Below, piece by piece: positions 56,952-64,000 of a stretch of 64,000 nucleotides of DNA; positions within the stretch are counted from its first letter, which is position 1; each line of letters starts with the position of its first letter. Origin of the DNA: an uncultured Candidatus Woesearchaeota archaeon (GTDB taxonomy: Archaea; Nanobdellota; Nanobdellia; Woesearchaeales; GW2011-AR9). Location of the stretch: NCBI GenBank assembly GCA_902529885.1, contig CABZYC010000001.1:89719-153718 (forward strand), read 5' to 3'. The notes below the pieces were generated by a model. It was not told the DNA's origin and did no database searches. It worked only from the letters and a program-made list of their open reading frames with translations. A program made the translations under genes and the position numbers.

Positions 56952-59222
56952 TTAATTGCGTTTTTTACCTGCAAACAATAAGGTAATCATGAAAAGCATC
57001 ATTGCTAAAATAATCACGATTGCTGCAGACATATAAACGATAACACGAAAGTCACCGAAATTCTGTTCTGTGCTTGTAGCGCTACTCGTGGTAGTGCTAG
57101 TAGCTGGGACAGTGGTTACAGTAACTGTACTTTCAGTACTACTTGTATCATCATCATCATCATCATCAGACGACGTACTAGATGTGTATGTTGTAGCAGA
57201 TGTACTGTCAGATGAAGACGTATAAGTGCTAGATGAACTAGAACATGATGCACCATCATCAATGACATCACTAATATCACTTCGAAGGTCAGCAATATCA
57301 TCTTCTAGATCTTCCAAATCATCGATTAGATCGTCAGCAACATCTTCGTCAATGTCACTATCATCATCGATATCATCCTGTAAATCATCCAATACATCGT
57401 CTAAATCGCCCAAATCATCGTCAAGATCGTCAAGATCGTCAATAATATCGTCTAATTCATCATCGTCGCCATCATCTTCAGCGTCACAATAATCGTCCTT
57501 TAAATCCTCTAGATCATCTTGGTAATCATCTAATGAATCTTCGATATCTTCAATATTGTCATCGTATTCAGTGGAAACTTCATCAATCTCAATATCGAAA
57601 CGAATTGTTACTGCATTTCCGTTTTCATCTTCAAATACAATACGTACTTCGTGGGTACCAACATCGTCAGATTCTGGTTCCCAAACTAAAGTGTAACCAG
57701 TACTTGATTCATCTAAGAAATCATCTAATGCATCATCAAGGTCAACGTCTAAAGTACTATCACAACCAGAATCGTCACAATCAACGTCCCAAGTAGTAAC
57801 AGTAATTTCACTATCTTCAGGATCATAAACAACAATCTCAATTTCTAAATCGTCGCCCACTTCAGCTTCAATATCATCAATCTCTTCTACGATTGGATCA
57901 TCATCAACGTCAGTCACTGTAATGACTACTTCGGATGATTCTGTTTCATATGAACCATCACTAACAATGATTGTGAAGGTGTGTACACCAACATCTAGCG
58001 CGCCAGGAGTCCAATCCATACCATTCTCGTCGAAGGTTGCACTTGATAAAGTACTTTCACCAACAGTGTAATCAGCATCGAAAGATTCGTCAACACTGTA
58101 TGATAACGTGTCGCCATCTCCATCTGAAACACTATAGGAGATAGTAATACTTTCATCTTGTTCAATGGTTGTTTCCACAATGTCAACATCTTCATCAAAA
58201 GCAGGTGAAAAGTTTTCTGAAACAGTTACATCAAACGTTGTTGAATCAGTTAATCCAGCTTCGTCAGTAACAGTAACAGTAACAGTTTCAGTTGTGCCAA
58301 CGTCTGCTTCAGCAGGAGTAAAAGTCCAAGTATCATCGTCAACACTATTTGTTCCAGTAAATGCGTGAGATACAGAATAAGATAAAGTTGTTTCTTCACC
58401 GTTATCAATATCTTCATCAGTAGCATTAAACACAACTTCTAAAGTAGCATAGTCGCCAGCAGCAGGGTTCGCAAACACTTCTTGGTCATCAACAGCGTCA
58501 ATAACAGGGTCATCGTTCTCATTAGTAACTGTAATTGATAATACGTCAGATGATTCTTCACCAGCACTATCAGTAGCAGTAATATTCACTTCGTAACTAC
58601 CAACGTCCGCATTCACAGGAGTCCAATCTAATTCACCAGTACCATCACCGTTATCAGTGAATGTTACTTCAGATACAGGTTCAATATCAAACTCGTATGA
58701 TAAAACGATAGTATCAGGTTCAGTTAATAATAAGTCATCATCAGCCGTTGTTATAGTGATTGTAGTCATAGCTGCATCTTCAGCTACACTTTCAGTCACT
58801 GAACTTAAAATAATACTTGGTGCATCGTTTACGTTTGATACAGTAATATTTAATGACCCAGTAGTGTTATCAAGAATACCGTCACCATCATCATCAACAC
58901 CATCACTAAAAGTTATATTAATAGTGTGTTCCCCAACATCGTCATTAGTTGGAGTCCATGTTAAATCTACAGTTCCATCAAAATTGTCAGTAAAATCGCC
59001 AGCAATCAAAGTTTGAGCTAGACAGTCTCCGCACGAAATTGAATCTATTACAACAGAGTATACAGGAGTACCGGTATCACTGCTAAATTCAATCGTACTC
59101 GTTAATTCTGAATCCTCATCAATTGACAAGTCTTCAAAGGTATCTAATGTAATGTTACCTGCAAATACAACAGGTAAAAGCATTAATACCATTAATAATT
59201 GTACATATTTCATAGTAGTCAC
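56952..59222 (-). CDS. Acidic cadherin/He_PIG-like Ig-repeat surface protein
   Basis: Signal peptide; five repeats with WTP...DVG and ND.P linkers; DDL heptad coil; S/T linker; TM helix plus KKRN. Confidence 0.88.
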   Translation of the reverse strand: MTTMKYVQLLMVLMLLPVVFAGNITLDTFEDLSIDEDSELTSTIEFSSDTGTPVYSVVIDSISCGDCLAQTLIAGDFTDNFDGTVDLTWTPTNDDVGEHTINITFSDGVDDDGDGILDNTTGSLNITVSNVNDAPSIILSSVTESVAEDAAMTTITITTADDDLLLTEPDTIVLSYEFDIEPVSEVTFTDNGDGTGELDWTPVNADVGSYEVNITATDSAGEESSDVLSITVTNENDDPVIDAVDDQEVFANPAAGDYATLEVVFNATDEDIDNGEETTLSYSVSHAFTGTNSVDDDTWTFTPAEADVGTTETVTVTVTDEAGLTDSTTFDVTVSENFSPAFDEDVDIVETTIEQDESITISYSVSDGDGDTLSYSVDESFDADYTVGESTLSSATFDENGMDWTPGALDVGVHTFTIIVSDGSYETESSEVVITVTDVDDDPIVEEIDDIEAEVGDDLEIEIVVYDPEDSEITVTTWDVDCDDSGCDSTLDVDLDDALDDFLDESSTGYTLVWEPESDDVGTHEVRIVFEDENGNAVTIRFDIEIDEVSTEYDDNIEDIEDSLDDYQDDLEDLKDDYCDAEDDGDDDELDDIIDDLDDLDDDLGDLDDVLDDLQDDIDDDSDIDEDVADDLIDDLEDLEDDIADLRSDISDVIDDGASCSSSSSTYTSSSDSTSATTYTSSTSSDDDDDDDTSSTESTVTVTTVPATSTTTSSATSTEQNFGDFRVIVYMSAAIVIILAMMLFMITLLFAGKKRN

Positions 59223-59287
59223 CTATGCTTATCTTCAAAGTGAACGTACTTTATAAACATTCATATCGTAAAACTACTATCCAGTGA

Positions 59288-59740
59288 TTACAATATTACC
59301 TCGCCACGAAACGCCTTTGGAACATAGTTTAAAAAGGTACCATCAATGGCTTTAGCTACAGCAACTGGCTCATTTTGGTATGTTAATGTATAGAACGCTC
59401 GCCCTTCATTTTTACAAGGTATATTCTGACCACGGAGGTACATCTCAGTTAAGGTTTTAGTTAATTCATACTGGTTCTTGGCTGGGCCTTGCATGTGCCA
59501 GAATAATTTTAAGCCACAAAAACTTAGCCTGAATTCAGTATCGTTCATTTCGCCAAGGTACAATCCTACGCGGTCCAGTTTAAACTGTAATAAATCGTCC
59601 ATACCAACAGACACCATAAACAGCTTATGCTTACTATTAACAAAATAACTGTAACCAGAAGGTAGCGTATAACCATAAACTGTTTGTAAAAATTCTTTCA
59701 CACGCTTTTTATCAGCTTTACGTAAACGGTCTAACTTCAT
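59288..59740 (-). CDS. NIP7/RsmF-C-terminal (PUA-like) protein
   Basis: YG, RVGLYLG, RLSF.G, G.FLNYVPK.R pattern. Confidence 0.65.
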   Translation of the reverse strand: MKLDRLRKADKKRVKEFLQTVYGYTLPSGYSYFVNSKHKLFMVSVGMDDLLQFKLDRVGLYLGEMNDTEFRLSFCGLKLFWHMQGPAKNQYELTKTLTEMYLRGQNIPCKNEGRAFYTLTYQNEPVAVAKAIDGTFLNYVPKAFRGEVIL

Positions 59741-59771
59741 GAATTAACTTGTTCCAAGCGTAGTTAAAAAA

Positions 59772-59945
59772 CTATCCGTTACGAATATAGATGTAACCAC
59801 CGTACACAAAAAATAATGTGCCGAACAGTAAAGGCCAACTTAAAATTGTAAAAAAAGTGTTTAAAATCATTACTATACCCAAAAAAAAGAGTTCTATACC
59901 CCAAGACCGTGCATTTTGTTTTGTAAAGATAATTTGTGGCTTCAT
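59772..59945 (-). CDS. Small two-TM membrane protein (57 aa, missed by ORF track)
   Basis: Manual translation MKPQIIFTKQNARSWGIELFFLGIVMILNTFFTILSWPLLFGTLFFVYGGYIYIRNG*; fills the gap; TATA-like TTTATATA about 30 nt upstream. Confidence 0.6.
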   Translation of the reverse strand: MKPQIIFTKQNARSWGIELFFLGIVMILNTFFTILSWPLLFGTLFFVYGGYIYIRNG

Positions 59946-59978
59946 GCCAAAGATAAGAGTGTTATGATATATAAAATT

Positions 59979-59992
59979 AAAGAAAAAAAAAA
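59979..59992 (-). terminator. Oligo-T archaeal terminator
   Basis: Long T run on the - strand immediately after stop at 59998. Confidence 0.55.
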
Positions 59993-59997
59993 TGTAC

Positions 59998-61251
59998 TTA
60001 ATAGTACGTTTGTTCTTCGTCGTCGTCTTTTTGAAGACGGAAGTATGCTACAACTAGTAACACTAAGATGAATAGTACAACAAGCACTACTAAAGCAACC
60101 TCTAAAGCGTTAGCTAAACTGAAATCATCAGCACCTTCGGTTACAACAGCATTCAAAGTGAATGTTTCTAACACGTTTCCGTCGTTCATTAAGTACAAGT
60201 TAACTGCATGTGAACCTACAACAGCGTCACTGCTAACAGTAACAGTAGCTTCGACAACTTGTGATTGACCAGGAGCCAATACAACTAAACTGTCTGACAT
60301 GCTTACACTTGCCCAGTCACCAACACTAACTTCGAATGAGTAAGTTTCTGAGGTTGAACCATCATTGCTCATTGCAATAGTGTATACAACACTTTGACCT
60401 GCAGCAACGTTCTGACTTTCAGGACCTACAGCTACAACTAAACTTTCGTCGTTAGCAGTACAGTAACCACCGTCAACAACAGTTAATGAGTAAGACTCAC
60501 GTACAGTTTCATAGTAATCGTATGTTACAATTACATCTACACTGTATACGCCTTCAGCTGCACAGTCAGGAATGCTCAAGAACATTTCTTCTGAGGTTTC
60601 ATAACTTACACTTTCTTGGTTTGCGTTAGTTTCTAAGATCTCAATGTAATCAGTTGCACTCACACCCAATTCTGGGATGCTTACACTTATTTTTACATCT
60701 TCTTCATCGTTGTCACCGTAGTTTTGTAAAACAACAGTTGTTAACAAACTTCGACCAGACTGTACTTCATCACCAGGTGAGAAGAATACGTCAGTGATTT
60801 CAACACCGTGACGTGAAGGTTCAATGTATAATCGAACAATCTGTTCCATTGTATCACTGTTTTTATCAGTTACACGGATTCGTAAATAGTACTCATCTTT
60901 GTCTAACTGTACAGGTAATTCAATGTCTAATGAAACTGTCTTAAATGTGTCTTCAGTTAAATCGAACAAGTGACTTGTAGCCATTAATGGTTCATAGTCA
61001 GCATATTCATACCCGCTAATTTCTGCGGTAACTTGAATATCTTCAACATCGTCTAGAGCTTCTAAACCTACTTCAATTTCTAGCGTTGCACCTTCTTCGA
61101 TAGCAATACGCTCTCCGTCCTCACCAACTTCCAATTCCTGGTCGTTGATTTCAAAATTTCGCCATTCTAAATCGCTTGTATCAGCAAATGCAGGGCTAAC
61201 TAGCACAGCAAATAAAGCCAATACAGCGATGATATTAATTATTCCTTTCAT
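59998..61251 (-). CDS. Putative S-layer/envelope protein (CARDB/NEW3-like Ig domains)
   Basis: Signal peptide ending AFA, three Ig-like domains, C-terminal TM helix, acidic tail ending TYY. Confidence 0.85.
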   Translation of the reverse strand: MKGIINIIAVLALFAVLVSPAFADTSDLEWRNFEINDQELEVGEDGERIAIEEGATLEIEVGLEALDDVEDIQVTAEISGYEYADYEPLMATSHLFDLTEDTFKTVSLDIELPVQLDKDEYYLRIRVTDKNSDTMEQIVRLYIEPSRHGVEITDVFFSPGDEVQSGRSLLTTVVLQNYGDNDEEDVKISVSIPELGVSATDYIEILETNANQESVSYETSEEMFLSIPDCAAEGVYSVDVIVTYDYYETVRESYSLTVVDGGYCTANDESLVVAVGPESQNVAAGQSVVYTIAMSNDGSTSETYSFEVSVGDWASVSMSDSLVVLAPGQSQVVEATVTVSSDAVVGSHAVNLYLMNDGNVLETFTLNAVVTEGADDFSLANALEVALVVLVVLFILVLLVVAYFRLQKDDDEEQTYY

Positions 61252-61377
61252 TTTTAGATGTATTCCTTATGGTGTTAAGCGATATACTACTCCAAAGCCG
61301 ATATTCTTTATAAAACCTATCGTCCTTTTTGAGTAGTTACACTTCATTTTTCAATTAGGGAAGAGGGGTTAACCCTC

Positions 61378-64000
61378 TTAGATCACCCTCAATACACGGT
61401 GAGTAGTATGCATGTAATCGTCATTGCTAGCAACAACTCGAACATCATACAATTTATTCCGCGCATAACTTGGCACATATACCTGAATTTGTTGTGATAA
61501 TTGTTCACCGGATTCGATGGTGACACTATCACTAACATAGATTACGCCAAGCTCAGGGATTGAAACAGAAATCTGGAAATTTTCCAAATCTTGTTCCCCG
61601 TCGTTCGTCATACCAACTGTAAGTACATTGTACTCCCCAGCTCGCACGTCCTGGTCGTCAAACTGTACATTACTATATTTCACGTTCCGTACAGGTTCAC
61701 GAACATGGATTGTAAAGGTTTGATAAACCGTATACAATTCATCTGATACACTCAGAACTACTTCATAGTCACCAATCATTTGTGGTGTCCATGATAATAA
61801 TAATTCATCATCATCAAACGTCATGCCGTCAGGACCTTCTTCCAAGTCAACGTCAAGTTCCGTAGCTTCGTGGTCATCCACGATAATCTGGTACGTATAC
61901 TCTTCATAACGAATAGCAGTCGTATCAGGTTCACTTTGGAACTCAGGTTCACTGTTCACATCGTAAACAGTGATGGTCACTGTTGTTTCTACAGTAGATT
62001 CTGCATCGTCAACAGTAATGTCAACTTCGTACGCACGACCTTCCTCAGAACCTGCATAATAATCAGGCGTCCAAGTTAAGGTGTACTCTTCCCCATCAAC
62101 AGTAAGTGTTGCATCATCTAAATCAGATAAATCAACACTAACTGAGACAGTTTCCCCGTCAGGATCGTCCACTGAAAATGTATATTCCAGGGTTTCACCT
62201 TCATTCGTGGATACATCTGTTGCATCAACAGTTGGGTCACGGTTCACATTAGACACAGTGATAGTTACTGTACCTTCAACATCGTGAACATCGTCAGTAA
62301 CTGTTAATTCAATTACAATGTCACCTGCATCTTCGTACCCTAACTCATAGGATACAGTAGCAGTTCCGTCACCATTATCGGTAACGTTTGCACCATCAGT
62401 ACTAGTTGCAAAAACTAAATCGTCACCATCAGCGTCAGTAGCCCCAATAGTAAACTCAATTGTTTCACCTTCACTCGCAGTTTGGTCTTCTAATACAGAC
62501 CATTCAGGAGCAACATTATCGTCAACAATAATTTCACAAGTATCATTCACTGTGTCAAAACCGTCATCAACAGTAACGCTGAATGTGTGCGTACCTTCCT
62601 GGTCATAATCAGGTGTCCACGATAAAGTGTCACCATCAATTGTTAGACCACTTGGTTCACCAACCAATGTGATAGTATGCGTATCTTCAGTATCAAGATC
62701 TGTAATCTCAATTGTACCTTCGTATGCTTCACCTTCGTCAGCGTCAGGGTTAGGACACACAAAAACAGCTTCTTGGTTAACATCTGTCACAGTAACTTCA
62801 AAGTCTGTACTGATTGATTCAGCGCCAACAGTAGCTTCTGTCGCAATAACTTCTACAGTGAACGTGTCTTCAGTCAACATATGTTGTACTAAACTGTAAT
62901 CAGGTTCGATAGTGATTGTTACAGTATCAGTAGTTGAACTTGTATCAATGTTAATCATGTTCGCAACAACATCTTGACCGTTATCAGTCATAGCATCAAC
63001 GTTTACAGTGAAGACCATGTCATCACCGTTCAAATCGTTCACTTCAATGTCATATACTAATTCGTCACCCTCAGTTACTTCTTGGTCAGCAATGCTTGTT
63101 ACCCACCCAGGAGAATCACATGCATCGCCAGCACCGTCAACGTCAGTATCAGCTTGATCAGCATTTTCTACGTCAGGACAGTTATCAATGCTGTCAGGTA
63201 CACCGTCAGCGTCTTCATCAATGTTCACAGTGAACACGATAACTTCAGAATCATCACCGCTATCATCTGTTAAAGTTGCAGTTAAACTATACGTTCCAGC
63301 AACACCAGTAACATAGTCACTATCAGTAACAGTTACTTCTCCACTACACTCGTAGAATGAACCATATATATTATCACAAGTGTCAGCCGGTACAACAGTA
63401 GTACTCAACATATTATCTGCCACACCCATGCTACCTTCTTGTAAAGCAACTTCTAGATCAAATTCAGATGCAGAAGTTACAATGGTATACTCAGCAGTAA
63501 CATTGTCACCATCAGTAATTAGCATCTCGGATGACCCATCATCAAATGTGAAGTTCAATGTGCTTTCTGTACTGTCACTTGGTGTAGCATCTGTATCTTC
63601 AACTAAGAAGATCCAGTCTGCATAGGTTAATGCACCTTCAGTATCTTCAACTTCTACACTAATTGTATAGTATAAGCCGCTGTCATCTGCATCATAATCA
63701 CCAGGAGACAATTCTTCACTTGTACCAACAAAGTTTAATGTTAAGAAGCCGTCAGCCGTAGCAGCACGTGACACAGTTACCCAAGATGGTTTACTTACAA
63801 CATCGTATGATAAGACGTCACCGTTTGGATCGTATGCAGTCAATGTGCCACTATAAGCATCACCTTCAGTCATGACACCATAACCAGGTGTACTCACTAC
63901 TACTGGTGCATCATTATCTTCGCTTAATGCAACAACAGTCAAGTTAACACTACTCGTGTCTTCACCATTGTTAAAATCAGAAACGATTGTATAATCCCCG
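61378..64000 (-). CDS. Large acidic cadherin/Ig-repeat protein with thrombospondin type-3 repeats (5' end outside window)
   Basis: Frame stays open to the edge (GDYTIVSDFNNGEDTSSVNL...); DxDGD and WTPDY repeats; DEDADGVPDSIDNCP..NADQADTDVDGAGDACD; C-terminal CARDB-like domain. Confidence 0.88.
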   Translation of the reverse strand, partial: GDYTIVSDFNNGEDTSSVNLTVVALSEDNDAPVVVSTPGYGVMTEGDAYSGTLTAYDPNGDVLSYDVVSKPSWVTVSRAATADGFLTLNFVGTSEELSPGDYDADDSGLYYTISVEVEDTEGALTYADWIFLVEDTDATPSDSTESTLNFTFDDGSSEMLITDGDNVTAEYTIVTSASEFDLEVALQEGSMGVADNMLSTTVVPADTCDNIYGSFYECSGEVTVTDSDYVTGVAGTYSLTATLTDDSGDDSEVIVFTVNIDEDADGVPDSIDNCPDVENADQADTDVDGAGDACDSPGWVTSIADQEVTEGDELVYDIEVNDLNGDDMVFTVNVDAMTDNGQDVVANMINIDTSSTTDTVTITIEPDYSLVQHMLTEDTFTVEVIATEATVGAESISTDFEVTVTDVNQEAVFVCPNPDADEGEAYEGTIEITDLDTEDTHTITLVGEPSGLTIDGDTLSWTPDYDQEGTHTFSVTVDDGFDTVNDTCEIIVDDNVAPEWSVLEDQTASEGETIEFTIGATDADGDDLVFATSTDGANVTDNGDGTATVSYELGYEDAGDIVIELTVTDDVHDVEGTVTITVSNVNRDPTVDATDVSTNEGETLEYTFSVDDPDGETVSVSVDLSDLDDATLTVDGEEYTLTWTPDYYAGSEEGRAYEVDITVDDAESTVETTVTITVYDVNSEPEFQSEPDTTAIRYEEYTYQIIVDDHEATELDVDLEEGPDGMTFDDDELLLSWTPQMIGDYEVVLSVSDELYTVYQTFTIHVREPVRNVKYSNVQFDDQDVRAGEYNVLTVGMTNDGEQDLENFQISVSIPELGVIYVSDSVTIESGEQLSQQIQVYVPSYARNKLYDVRVVASNDDYMHTTHRVLRVI

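Noticed and set aside
61361-61379. AAGAGGG-N5-CCCTCTT hairpin after the adhesin stop
   Set aside because: It has only a 7-bp stem and no U tract; it may be a processing or termination element but is too weak to call.
1128-63625. Numerous 60-160 aa ORFs antisense to or nested in long genes
   Set aside because: They are shadow ORFs of well-supported genes, arising from codon bias and low-complexity acidic sequence.
55530-64000. Acidic proteins as evidence of a halophile (Nanohaloarchaeota)
   Set aside because: Acidity is confined to exported proteins; the cytoplasmic enzymes are Lys-rich.

Overview
AT-rich, very gene-dense archaeal chromosome segment, most consistent with a DPANN (Woesearchaeota-like) genome. 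This is inferred from the archaeal information genes (exosome superoperon pop5-psmA-SBDS-rrp4-rrp41, rps19e/rpl39e/rpl31e, rps3ae, cbf5, endA, fen, fibrillarin, RFC-L) mixed with bacterial-type metabolic genes (AspRS, RpiB/Rpe/transketolase, YvcK, ArsC/Spx, TrxB) and an AMP phosphorylase. About 28% of the window encodes large surface proteins: a 2981-aa protein with seven beta-helix modules, and a cluster of four acidic Ig/cadherin-like proteins at the right end. The best candidate for an undescribed system is a D-amino-acid locus at 28049-32370. It encodes an M55 D-aminopeptidase, a DcsG/RimK-like ATP-grasp ligase, an Asp/Glu racemase, a C39-like protein lacking its catalytic residues, and a secreted NagZ-like GH3. 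Also notable are an IMPDH-like protein with GMP-reductase signatures, a YvcK-HAD-nucleotidyltransferase-AMP phosphorylase operon, a DsbA-cupredoxin fusion, and several small Cys-rich membrane proteins. I recognised no tRNA, rRNA, CRISPR array or mobile element. All calls come from reading motifs by eye; no database searches were run.
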